A stretch of 64,000 bases of DNA from Nitrosopumilus sp. (lineage in GTDB: Archaea > Thermoproteota > Nitrososphaeria > Nitrososphaerales > Nitrosopumilaceae). Under the pieces are notes generated by a model. The model worked only from the letters and a program-made list of their open reading frames with translations. It had not been told where the DNA came from and did no database searches. Both the position numbers and the translations under genes were made by a program. Location of the stretch: NCBI GenBank assembly GCA_965197525.1, contig OZ240211.1, forward strand, positions 1,632,001 through 1,696,000, given 5' to 3'. Shown here one piece after another: positions 9,591-18,609 of the stretch (position 1 is the first letter of the stretch; every line of letters starts with the position of its first letter).

Positions 9591-10484
9591 ATGGGCAAAG
9601 GTTATTCTACTGAAGAGATTCGTCAAAAACTAATCTCTGTCCTTGATGGTGATGCTTCTGGAATGTCAGGCATTGAGATCTCTCAAAAAATCGGTACAAG
9701 CAGAATAACTATGGCAAAATATCTCAAGATTTTTGCAGCAGAAGGAATGCTACGACAAAAAAATATCGGAAATATCACTTTGTGGTTTTTAGAACCCGGT
9801 CAAGAATCTTTTGATTTTCCATCTGATTATTTTAAAGTCGTTCCACGGTATCTTGAGTGTTTAACAAAAGGTACAGAGGACCAAATCTATTCTTTAATTC
9901 GTAACTGCTTGCATTCAGGAGGCACGGTTAGTAATCTGATCTTTGAAGTAATTTTACCCTCCATTTACCATGTCAAGAAATTATACGACGATGGCAAAAT
10001 TGGTACATCTGAGCAACGTCTTCTCATGACAACTATTTCAAAATCTCTTCAAATCTTTAATCAGATCCAAGTAACCCCTAACCCAAAAAAGAACGTTGTT
10101 GTTATTGCAGCTGATGCTCAAAGTATATTGGATTCTGAAGCCGCATCTGCAGCATATCATTCGCATGGTTGGAATGTTTCTCATCTAGGCGATATGTCTC
10201 TGGCAATCGATGTATTGTTTGATCTTGATTTTCAAAAACTTGTAACTAAAATATGGAAACGAAAACCAGGTGTTTTACTAGTAGTAGTATTTTCTCAATC
10301 TGATGAGGGGCTGAACTTTTTTGCAAATTCTATAAATCCTATTATAGAAAAATTGGGAAATCGTATGAGGTTGATACTTTGTGGAAAAATATCCAAAAAA
10401 TCCAAAATTAAATATGATATGACATCTGATAAAATTCCAGATATTTTGCAATGGTCGCAAACAGTATCTCACAATTTAGAATAA
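9591..10484 (+). CDS. HTH regulator with B12-binding-like cap and Rossmann domain
   Basis: N-terminal HTH (SGIEISQKIGTSRITMAKYL), cap motif VILPSIYHVKKLYDDGKIGTSEQ, GWNVSHLGD; likely start ATG 9591. Confidence 0.7.
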   Translation: MGKGYSTEEIRQKLISVLDGDASGMSGIEISQKIGTSRITMAKYLKIFAAEGMLRQKNIGNITLWFLEPGQESFDFPSDYFKVVPRYLECLTKGTEDQIYSLIRNCLHSGGTVSNLIFEVILPSIYHVKKLYDDGKIGTSEQRLLMTTISKSLQIFNQIQVTPNPKKNVVVIAADAQSILDSEAASAAYHSHGWNVSHLGDMSLAIDVLFDLDFQKLVTKIWKRKPGVLLVVVFSQSDEGLNFFANSINPIIEKLGNRMRLILCGKISKKSKIKYDMTSDKIPDILQWSQTVSHNLE

Positions 10485-10489
10485 ACAAG

Positions 10490-10564
10490 TGGGCCCGATG
10501 TGATTCGAACACATGACCTTTCGATTATCAGTCGAACGCTCCAGCCAAGCTGAGCTACGAGCCC
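10490..10564 (-). tRNA. tRNA-Ile(GAT)
   Basis: GGGCTCG...CGGGCCC-A, TTCGA-CTGATAA-TCGAA. Confidence 0.95.
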
Positions 10565-10685
10565 ACACACAAATCTCAAGGTAAGAGTCATTTAAGTTTA
10601 ATTTGACTTAAATTCTGACACCACATCTACTTTAGCAGTTTTTATTTCAAGATTTTATGTGTTAATTAAGTTGCATAGAATATAT

Positions 10686-11243
10686 CTAGTAATCCTCTTT
10701 CCATTTTATTGAACATCCAATTGATGGGTCAAAATCTTTTGGAATATTTTCACCTGATAGTAATCTTTGAATGTTATTGATCATTGTTTTTTCCGTGATT
10801 ACATCGTCTGGATTCATAGCATCATCTAACTTTCCATGAAATACTAATCGTCTCTGGCTATCAAACAGAAATGGGTCAGGAGTGCACATTGCACCGTATC
10901 TCTTTGCAACTTCCTGTGTCTCATCTATCAAATAATCAAACTCGAACCCTTTCTCTTTTGCCGTTTGTTTCATAGAATCAAAACTGTCTTCAGGGTAGTT
11001 AGTTGCATCATTACTGTTAATACCTATCATTGCTATCTTGTTTCCGCATTTTTTATATATCTCATTTAATGTATCTATCTTTGCTTTGACATACGGGCAA
11101 TGATTACACATGAATATTATCAAAATTCCGTCATACTTGTCATAGTCTTTTAATGCGTGTTTTTTATCATCTATTCCCAGTAATTCAAAATCAGGCGCAA
11201 TATCTCCTGTTTTTAATTTTGTTTGTGACTCTAATAATACCAT
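10686..11243 (-). CDS. thioredoxin-fold AhpC/TSA (redoxin) family protein
   Basis: GDIAPDFEL, FMCNHCPYV, GAMCTPDPFLFD, SIGCSIKW. Confidence 0.88.
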   Translation of the reverse strand: MVLLESQTKLKTGDIAPDFELLGIDDKKHALKDYDKYDGILIIFMCNHCPYVKAKIDTLNEIYKKCGNKIAMIGINSNDATNYPEDSFDSMKQTAKEKGFEFDYLIDETQEVAKRYGAMCTPDPFLFDSQRRLVFHGKLDDAMNPDDVITEKTMINNIQRLLSGENIPKDFDPSIGCSIKWKEDY

Positions 11244-11362
11244 ACTATACCATACACTTTATCTCTTTAAATAAAATTCTTCCTAAGCAGGGAATGGGAG
11301 AACCTGAAGACATCACTGCCATCTACGATATCCTTATAACTCTACATCATTTTAGTTGTATA

Positions 11363-13234
11363 ATGTTAAAACTCGTGTCTGGTTTATCGGCAATCTTTCT
11401 ATTGTTATCATTATCATCATCTATTGATACCTTGTATGTATTTGCACAAGAAGATCCCGATGATGAAATGATGACGTCTGATCTACCTGAAATGATCCAA
11501 ATAGGAGCACTGCTTCCATCTACGGGTGATTTGTCATCGTACGGTCAGGACAACAATATTGGTATGCAATTGGCCATAACTGATTTTAATAATTATCTTG
11601 AGTCGATTGGTGCACATTGGAGTATATCTATGGTAGTAGAAGACACACAAACAGATCCAATTATTGCGCTAGAAAAACTACAATCATTAAATTCCAAAGG
11701 CATCAAATTTGTTCTAGGTCCTATATCAAGTTCAGAAATACGCAACATCAAATCTTATGCTGATTCCAATGACATGGTGCTAATCAGTCCAGCATCCATG
11801 TCTCCAGCTCTGGCAATTGAGGATGATAATATTTTCCGTCTGATAACTGACGATACCCAGACTGGTAAAGTACTTGCAAAATTATTTGAAGAAGAAGGTA
11901 TCAAAGCAGTTATTCCAGTGTATCGTGGAGATTCCTGGGGTGACGGTCTATACGAATCTACTAGAGAAAACTTTGAATCATTAGGCGGTGTGATGGATGA
12001 TGGCATACGCTATTCTCCGGATGTAACTGTCTATTCTGCTGAAATGAACCTGTTATCAAGCCTTGTAGACCAATATGTTGCAGAATACTCTCAAGATGAA
12101 GTCGCAGTATTACTATTGACTTTTTCAGAATTGGTACACATATTGAACTTTGCAGACTCTTATGAGAATCTACATGAGATAGCATGGTTTGGTTCTGATG
12201 CTTCATCACATGAAAGTATCATATCCAAGGATCCAATATCTTCTGCATTTATTGAAGATGTCGGACTTATCAGTGCCAAATTTTCAGCATCTAAAAATGA
12301 TGTCTATGCATATGTAAGAGATTACTTCCTTGACTTTCACGGTTCTACACCTAATGTTTATACTTATCCATCACATGATAGCGTATGGGTTTTAGGTAAG
12401 ACCATATTGGAGACTCAATCAGCTGATCCTCTAGTGGTTAGAGACTCACTTAGAGAGGTGGCCGCAACACATACTGGTGCAATCGGTACTGTAAATCTAA
12501 ACAAAGCAGGCGACTTGACAGTAGCCAACTATGATCTTTGGAGCTACAAAAATAGTGAATGGTATCTATATGGTCATTATAATGCAAATACTGAAGCATT
12601 TGAGTATACATCAGATTCAGCGATGATGGACGATAAAGATATGATGATGGACGATAAAGATATGATGATGGACGATAAAGATATGATGATGGACGATAAA
12701 GATATGATGATGGACGATAAAGATATGATGATGGACGATAAAGATATGATGATGGACGATAAAGATATGATAGACGACCCAAGTATGGACGACTCTGAAA
12801 CCACTAGTGACGGTGGAGGTTGTTTAATTGCGACTGCTGCATATGGATCTGAACTAGCACCACAAGTTCAATTACTCCGAGAGATACGTAGTGATACCCT
12901 TTTGGTTAATGATGCTGGTTCCTCATTTATGACTGGCTTTAACCAGTTTTACTATACGTTCTCACCTACAATGGCAGACCTTCAACGTAGCAACATTGTA
13001 TTTGGTGATGCGGTAAGAAATCTGATTACACCTGGAATTTATACACTAGGCGTAATCATGGGCTTTGCTGACGCTAGTAATGAATCAGTTATTCTATTTG
13101 GTGTGTTATCTATTGTTGCACTGCTTGGAATCTATGTCGTAGGTCCAATATTTACAGTATTTAGCGCTAGAATATTATTTAGAAAGATTCAATCTAAATA
13201 TCAAAACAACGAGCTGTCTCTAGTAAAAAATTAG
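11363..13234 (+). CDS. Leu/Ile/Val-family ABC solute-binding protein with Met/Asp linker and CFI-box-CTERM anchor
   Basis: IGALLPSTGDLSSYG, EDTQTDP, GPISS, GGCLIATAAYGSELAPQVQLLREIR; likely start ATG 11363. Confidence 0.85.
   Translation: MLKLVSGLSAIFLLLSLSSSIDTLYVFAQEDPDDEMMTSDLPEMIQIGALLPSTGDLSSYGQDNNIGMQLAITDFNNYLESIGAHWSISMVVEDTQTDPIIALEKLQSLNSKGIKFVLGPISSSEIRNIKSYADSNDMVLISPASMSPALAIEDDNIFRLITDDTQTGKVLAKLFEEEGIKAVIPVYRGDSWGDGLYESTRENFESLGGVMDDGIRYSPDVTVYSAEMNLLSSLVDQYVAEYSQDEVAVLLLTFSELVHILNFADSYENLHEIAWFGSDASSHESIISKDPISSAFIEDVGLISAKFSASKNDVYAYVRDYFLDFHGSTPNVYTYPSHDSVWVLGKTILETQSADPLVVRDSLREVAATHTGAIGTVNLNKAGDLTVANYDLWSYKNSEWYLYGHYNANTEAFEYTSDSAMMDDKDMMMDDKDMMMDDKDMMMDDKDMMMDDKDMMMDDKDMMMDDKDMIDDPSMDDSETTSDGGGCLIATAAYGSELAPQVQLLREIRSDTLLVNDAGSSFMTGFNQFYYTFSPTMADLQRSNIVFGDAVRNLITPGIYTLGVIMGFADASNESVILFGVLSIVALLGIYVVGPIFTVFSARILFRKIQSKYQNNELSLVKN
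12623..12766 (+). repeat. perfect 21-bp tandem repeat encoding (M)MMDDKD x7
   Basis: ATGATGATGGACGATAAAGAT units identical at DNA level. Confidence 0.97.
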
Positions 13235-13260
13235 TTTTTTGTAATTGGTCACACCATACT

Positions 13261-13485
13261 TTAATCTGTCTCTATACGATCCGCATCTATTTGTCCATAG
13301 GTACGAATCAAGAGGATACATGAACATTTACCAAATCCATATTGGAAAATTACACAATCAAAGTTTGCATCTTCTAATGATAAAAACGCAGATCTTGTAA
13401 ATATGAACAAAAGAAAAGACGCAAAATTCAAATTTTCAGCTAGTATGATACAAGGGATTACAATTTTGAGGTTTGTTTTTGGCAT
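13261..13485 (-). CDS. hypothetical protein
   Basis: 74-aa ORF filling gap between SBP and tRNA-Ala; no recognised family. Confidence 0.4.
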   Translation of the reverse strand: MPKTNLKIVIPCIILAENLNFASFLLFIFTRSAFLSLEDANFDCVIFQYGFGKCSCILLIRTYGQIDADRIETD

Positions 13486-13616
13486 ATCTTATCTGAAATG
13501 TGTTGGAATGATAGAAAAACAGATGACTTGATTGTTATGCTTTGATTTCAGCGCACATTTACGAAAACTGTCAAGAAGACAACAATTAAAATCCACTGTC
13601 TTTTGATCTCTTACGT

Positions 13617-13690
13617 GGGCCGGTAGTATAGCCTGGTAGTATACCCGCCTTGCACGCGGGGGGTCACGGATTCAAATTCCGTCCGGTCCA
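13617..13690 (+). tRNA. tRNA-Ala(TGC)
   Basis: GGGCCGG...CCGGTCC-A, CCCGC-CTTGCAC-GCGGG. Confidence 0.94.
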
Positions 13691-13767
13691 CTTTCTGGTT
13701 TGTCTATATACGTGCTGAAATCCGTACTGCTGGATGGATTTAAATAGGATAACTTTCGATTCATACT

Positions 13768-13869
13768 ATGGCAAATGTAGTAGATGGTTGGCCTGTATGG
13801 ATACCTCTTATCGTTGGTTTAGCTCCGGGTTTAATATACTGGTTAGCAATTACAGCAAAGAAAAAATAA
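13768..13869 (+). CDS. 33-aa membrane peptide
   Basis: MANVVDGWPVWIPLIVGLAPGLIYWLAITAKKK*; TTTAAATA box at 13739-13746, T-rich tract after stop. Confidence 0.7.
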   Translation: MANVVDGWPVWIPLIVGLAPGLIYWLAITAKKK

Positions 13870-13996
13870 AACTTACATCTATTTTAATTTCTTTTTATTC
13901 TTTGTAGTTACTAGTGTAAACTAGATAAAATATTGTTGTCTCTTTTGTTTATTATTTGTTATATCATATAGGATTAATGACTAGTTTTAAGATAAT

Positions 13997-15067
13997 GTGA
14001 TGTTGAAGGTTATTTTCTGTGCTTTTCTGGTATTCTTTTTGATTCCTGTGTCGCAGGCTTCTTCACAAGAGTATGTTGATAACGAACCAACTCTAACTGC
14101 ATCTTTAGAGTATGATCAACCATTTGTTTATCATGATCGTCGCGGATATAGTGTTGTAGTTGGGACTGTTCAAAATAATGATCAATCAACCTATATCACC
14201 AATGTTCAAATCCAAGTACGATTTTTTGACGATCGTACTCCAGATCCATTAGAAGTGGTACAAGGAACCACTACACTTGAAGTAATCGCTCCTAATGGTC
14301 AATCCACATATTCTATCCGCTCTTCTTTTCCAAACCCTGACATAACTCAGGCATCTGTATCCATCTTAGGATTTGATTCTTCAGCAGAAAAACAACAGGG
14401 TCTTACAGTGTCATCTACTGATGTAGTTGTTGATACCTCCTTTAAATTTTCAGGCTTATTACGAAATATTGGTGCTCCAAGTAATAATACAAGTGTATAT
14501 ATTGCGTTTTACGATAATTTTCAACCGCCACGAATACTGGAAGTGTCTACAATCCATCTTGGATTTGTACCATCAGATGCTGATATTACGTTTGGATTCA
14601 ATGATGTGATTGATACACGTACTGCTGGATTTTTCTTGTTTGCCGAATCTGATATTTTTTCTTCTAATTTAGTTGATGTCCCAATTTCTCATCCTCCATT
14701 ATCTGACAAGCTAGTGACAATTTCTGATGTCTATGTGGAGGATTCTAATGAAAATCGATTGTCGGAACTTCAGCTTGGTCTAGAAGTTCATATACAAAGT
14801 ACCACATCCATCCAATCTCCAAATATACAAGAAGATGATGAAACCAGTTACACTTACTATGTTCAGATAAAGGAATCTGGCTCAGTCCCATACATTGTAT
14901 ATATTGGGAAATTTGACGGCCAGTTTACTGGAACTACTCCTGAGACTCAAACTATAGATTGGACTCCTCAAAAACCTGGATTGTTCTTCATTGAAACATT
15001 TGTCTGGGATGAAAATAACGTCCCAATCGCAGAACAGGGTCCGTTTGTTCTAGTAGTTGTCAAATAG
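13997..15067 (+). CDS. secreted beta-rich protein (FxLYD/Ig-like repeats)
   Basis: Signal peptide, VVGTVQNN and IETFVWD motifs typical of thaumarchaeal surface proteins. Confidence 0.65.
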   Translation: MMLKVIFCAFLVFFLIPVSQASSQEYVDNEPTLTASLEYDQPFVYHDRRGYSVVVGTVQNNDQSTYITNVQIQVRFFDDRTPDPLEVVQGTTTLEVIAPNGQSTYSIRSSFPNPDITQASVSILGFDSSAEKQQGLTVSSTDVVVDTSFKFSGLLRNIGAPSNNTSVYIAFYDNFQPPRILEVSTIHLGFVPSDADITFGFNDVIDTRTAGFFLFAESDIFSSNLVDVPISHPPLSDKLVTISDVYVEDSNENRLSELQLGLEVHIQSTTSIQSPNIQEDDETSYTYYVQIKESGSVPYIVYIGKFDGQFTGTTPETQTIDWTPQKPGLFFIETFVWDENNVPIAEQGPFVLVVVK

Positions 15068-15083
15068 TATCCTGATGACTCCT

Positions 15084-15215
15084 TTGTCTTACATGCCTAA
15101 ATATTCAAAAAACAGCTGCTGTACCAAGTTACTTTTGGATCTTTTTAGTACTATTATGTACTAACTGGTAGATTTATTTTTAAAGAATATTATTGTCTTA
15201 CATGCCTAAATATTC
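15084..15215 (+). repeat. 23-bp direct repeat (15084-15106, 15193-15215) duplicating the coaD start
   Basis: TTGTCTTACATGCCTAAATATTC twice, 109-bp period. Confidence 0.85.
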
Positions 15216-15678
15216 TCTTGTTGCTTTGGGTGGCACTTTTGATATTATCCATAAAGGTCATCTGACTTTACTCTTAAATGCGTCCGTCCTATCTGATAAA
15301 GTGATTATTGGTATAACTAGCGACGAATTCGCTATCAGAAAAGGTAAAATTCTACTAAACAAGTATGACGCGCGTCTACAAAATTTAACATCGGTTATAT
15401 CAAAAGAATTTCCTAGCACTATATTCCAAATTAGTAAATTAGAAAATGATTTCGGCCCTGCTGTTTTGGAAAAAGATGTTCAAGCTCTAATTGTAAGTGA
15501 TGAAACAAGCAATCAAGGACGTGCACTAAATGAATTGCGTGCCAAGAAAGATCTTGCACCGGTTGAAATTATTACTGTTCCAATGTTTCTAGCGCAGGAT
15601 GGTAAGAGAATATCTACTACTAGAATCAAAAATTTAGAGATTGATGCTGATGGCAACTTGCTATCAATTGACAAGTAG
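15193..15678 (+). CDS. coaD: phosphopantetheine adenylyltransferase (archaeal type)
   Basis: GGTFDIIHKGH, FGPAV, ISTTRI. Confidence 0.88.
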   Translation: MSYMPKYSLVALGGTFDIIHKGHLTLLLNASVLSDKVIIGITSDEFAIRKGKILLNKYDARLQNLTSVISKEFPSTIFQISKLENDFGPAVLEKDVQALIVSDETSNQGRALNELRAKKDLAPVEIITVPMFLAQDGKRISTTRIKNLEIDADGNLLSIDK

Positions 15679-15730
15679 CTTATCAAACTTTGAGTAGAGC
15701 CAATAAAACATTTTTCGGTAATAAATATTC

Positions 15731-16060
15731 ATGACGATTATTGGACACATGATGAAAAAAATCGATACTGACGTATCAAATATACAGCAAGGACTACAGC
15801 CCCAAAATCTCTCATATTGGTATGATAAAATTATCAAAGAAACAATTGATATGGTTCCTCCTTGGCTTGAGGATAAGATCAAAGTTCACCAGGATCCAAT
15901 TCTTCCAATGAAATTTAATCTTGATATCTCAAAACGTGCTGTTAGATATTTTATGATCGTCGTTGATAATAACTTGGATGCTATGCCTTACTCTACAAAG
16001 CTCTATTTTCTCAAAGTACAGGAAATAATGTCAACTGAGATGGATAAATCCCTAGTTTAG
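15731..16060 (+). CDS. conserved hypothetical protein
   Basis: 109-aa ORF, typical codon usage. Confidence 0.65.
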   Translation: MTIIGHMMKKIDTDVSNIQQGLQPQNLSYWYDKIIKETIDMVPPWLEDKIKVHQDPILPMKFNLDISKRAVRYFMIVVDNNLDAMPYSTKLYFLKVQEIMSTEMDKSLV

Positions 16061-16129
16061 TCTGGTTTACATATGGGTGTAATCAAACTCAAACTATCTA
16101 TATCCAATAAATCCTCAATTCATTGCAAC

Positions 16130-17014
16130 ATGGAATTTTACAAATCAAGAAATCTAGATAAAAAAACATCCAAGAGATACCCCAAGAGTGATAGAAGGCC
16201 TACTCGTTCCTTTAGAAATTCAAGAGATGACAAGCCTTCTAGCTATTCTCGTAATCATAACCGCACTGAACAATCCACAACCGTAGTCTGTTCTGATTGT
16301 GGTATAACGTGCAATGTTCCCTTTATTCCAAGAAATAGCAAACCTATCTACTGCAATGACTGTTTTAAACAAGATAGATTCAACGATTCCGATGACTCCC
16401 GCCACTCACGCGACAATAACAGCTCTAGGCATCGTAGTTATAACCGCACTGAACAATCCACAACCGTAGTCTGTTCTGATTGTGGTACGAAATGCAATGT
16501 TCCCTTTATTCCAAGAAATAACAAACCTATCTACTGCAATGACTGTTTTAAACAAGATAGATTCAACGATTCCGATGACTCCCGCCACTCACGCGACAAT
16601 AACAGCTCCCGCCACTCACACAAAAACGAATCAAGTAGTAGGTCCAAATCTAAGAAATTAACTGATAAATCTTTACAAAAACGGGAGCGTTTTTTTTCTA
16701 ACGGATCAGATAAATTCTATAAAACCATCCAAGAAAAATTATTTGAAATTTTGGGTGGTAAAATATGTTCTAATTGCGGCTTTAGAGATGAACGAGCTTT
16801 GAAAATTAGTTCCATATATGGCGATACACTAGATGACGACAACAACAAGCGTGGAACATTTGCATCTTCTCTAGGTAAATACATCTCTGACCCCAAGACT
16901 GCCAGAGATGAATTAAAGGTATTATGCTTGAATTGTAATCAAATCCGAGAACCTTTATCAAAACCAGATAAAGGCCATATAAAACCGAAAAAGAGTAAAT
17001 ATTTTCCTAGATGA
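16130..17014 (+). CDS. CxxC-x17-CxxC domain protein (two copies) with C-terminal zinc ribbon
   Basis: CSDC-x17-CNDC twice, Arg/Ser/Asp low complexity, CSNC...CLNC; likely start ATG 16130. Confidence 0.8.
   Translation: MEFYKSRNLDKKTSKRYPKSDRRPTRSFRNSRDDKPSSYSRNHNRTEQSTTVVCSDCGITCNVPFIPRNSKPIYCNDCFKQDRFNDSDDSRHSRDNNSSRHRSYNRTEQSTTVVCSDCGTKCNVPFIPRNNKPIYCNDCFKQDRFNDSDDSRHSRDNNSSRHSHKNESSSRSKSKKLTDKSLQKRERFFSNGSDKFYKTIQEKLFEILGGKICSNCGFRDERALKISSIYGDTLDDDNNKRGTFASSLGKYISDPKTARDELKVLCLNCNQIREPLSKPDKGHIKPKKSKYFPR
16257..16608 (+). repeat. near-identical 183-bp-period in-frame tandem duplication
   Basis: 16257-16425 vs 16440-16608, few substitutions. Confidence 0.95.
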
Positions 17015-17073
17015 TATGTAAAATTTATCGAACATGTGTTAACATTTTAATGTCATTATTTTAAAACTAAATT

Positions 17074-17157
17074 ATGAATGATGACTTTAAGGCAATTGGT
17101 GTATCTCTGATTATCATGGTTGGAGCTGTAACGTTATACGCTATGCTTGGTCTATAG
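17074..17157 (+). CDS. 27-aa membrane peptide
   Basis: MNDDFKAIGVSLIIMVGAVTLYAMLGL*; TTAAAA box upstream. Confidence 0.45.
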   Translation: MNDDFKAIGVSLIIMVGAVTLYAMLGL

Positions 17158-17167
17158 ATTTATTCTT

Positions 17168-17191
17168 GGTTCTGTGTAAACATCGGGACTT
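17168..17191 (+). repeat. terminal inverted repeat (tnpB-distal end)
   Basis: GGTTCTGTGTAAACATCGGGACTT. Confidence 0.92.
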
Positions 17192-17208
17192 ATTTTTAAC
17201 ATAAAAAA

Positions 17209-18525
17209 TTAAACCGCCAATGTTGACTTTGACATATCGACTATTTGGATTACCGTTCTGCTGGGTTCCAACATCGTTGACTCAAAAGTATCAAACTTTG
17301 CTTCACTTATGTCACCTTTACTATCCATAAACCTAGGGGACAGCTTGTTTTTTATATTTATGGGGGCTACTACATCCCTATCCATAAATAATCCACAATT
17401 ATCACACGACTTTTTACGACTGTATTGAACCTTGTCCTCTTGGAGTTTCTTTCCGCATTTTGGACAGTCCGTGCTCGTGTTTTTTGGATCTACGTTGTAT
17501 ACAGGAATACCATACCACTTGGCTTTGTACTCTACTTGTCTTTGGAATTCGTATTGTTGCCAACCGTTCATTTTACTTCTGTATTTTTTGCCTGTATTTT
17601 TGTATTTTTCATTGCCTTTGCTTTTTTTGTTTTTATTTTTTGTGTTGTTGTTTTCGTAGTTGTTTTTCTTTTTGTCTTTTGTAATATTTTTCCATTTTTT
17701 ACCTTTTGTGTTTTCTTTTGTATATCTTTTTTTTATTCCTCTTAGATCCTCTAATACTATAATTGTTTTATTTTTAACCGCTTCTTTTACAATATGATTT
17801 GATATTCTATGTGTTGATTGATTTGTTCTATTATACATTCTTTTATTTTTTTCTTCCCAAAAGTCACCTTTTACTCTACGATCATTTCTTCTAAATCCAG
17901 ATCTGGCTTGTATTGTATTTTTTTTAATTGATAATATTTTTTTAGTCTTGTAAAATACAACTTTTTTCTCATTTCCACAAGTTACATTTCTAAGGTTTCT
18001 GTCTATTCCTACTATATCAATACATTCTATTTCTTCTACTTGTTTTGATATACAAAAACTAATTGATTTATTATTCATTGAAAAAGATTGTACTTTTATA
18101 GTATCATTAGATAATATTTTTTGTGTATATTCTGCTAATAACACATTAATTGGATTTCTATTCTTATATGGAACTGTCATTAAACAACCATTATGTTTTA
18201 TGCCATAACAGTTTGTAATGAATGGTTTTTTTACAAATGGGTCTTTAACCTTAACACCTCTTTTTATTGATTGTTTTCTATTTGATAGTATACCTGCCGC
18301 CCTTGATATTGCATTTATTTTATATGAACCTAAAATATCATAGTGACGTAATTCATGATAACATAAATAAGATAATCGTTTCATATTATGTGTGTTTTCT
18401 TTTAGTCCTACTTTAATACAATAATTGACCATTTTTGTAAATATGTTCATTATTTCTTTCAAGTCTTCATTTGGTGTGTATTCTTGTTTAATTGATTTTA
18501 ATGCTTTATATTTTTTATTTTTCAT
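17209..18525 (-). CDS. tnpB: TnpB RNA-guided endonuclease (IS200/IS605 OrfB family)
   Basis: RuvC-I GIDRNL, RuvC-II VLEDL, QVEYKA..GIPV..V.P..TS, Zn finger CPKC/CDNC, RuvC-III DRD; D-E-D triad intact. Confidence 0.93.
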   Translation of the reverse strand: MKNKKYKALKSIKQEYTPNEDLKEIMNIFTKMVNYCIKVGLKENTHNMKRLSYLCYHELRHYDILGSYKINAISRAAGILSNRKQSIKRGVKVKDPFVKKPFITNCYGIKHNGCLMTVPYKNRNPINVLLAEYTQKILSNDTIKVQSFSMNNKSISFCISKQVEEIECIDIVGIDRNLRNVTCGNEKKVVFYKTKKILSIKKNTIQARSGFRRNDRRVKGDFWEEKNKRMYNRTNQSTHRISNHIVKEAVKNKTIIVLEDLRGIKKRYTKENTKGKKWKNITKDKKKNNYENNNTKNKNKKSKGNEKYKNTGKKYRSKMNGWQQYEFQRQVEYKAKWYGIPVYNVDPKNTSTDCPKCGKKLQEDKVQYSRKKSCDNCGLFMDRDVVAPINIKNKLSPRFMDSKGDISEAKFDTFESTMLEPSRTVIQIVDMSKSTLAV

Positions 18526-18585
18526 TTTATTATATTACTAAGATATTTTTTATTTAAACTCTTTTTTAGTAAATTATATCTGATA

Positions 18586-18609
18586 AAGTCCCGAAGATTA
18601 CACAGAACC
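18586..18609 (-). repeat. terminal inverted repeat (tnpB-promoter end)
   Basis: minus strand GGTTCTGTGTAATCTTCGGGACTT. Confidence 0.92.

Larger units (their letters stand above)
17168..18609 (-). mobile_element. non-autonomous TIR element (IS6-like ends, 8-bp TSD) carrying only tnpB
   Basis: 24-bp TIRs 22/24 identical; TTATTCTT duplicated at 17160-17167 and 18610-18617; strongly AT-rich interior; no transposase. Confidence 0.9.

Noticed and set aside
17425-17745. Three Phe/Leu/Cys-rich plus-strand ORFs
   Set aside because: Antisense shadows of the A-rich tnpB insertion.
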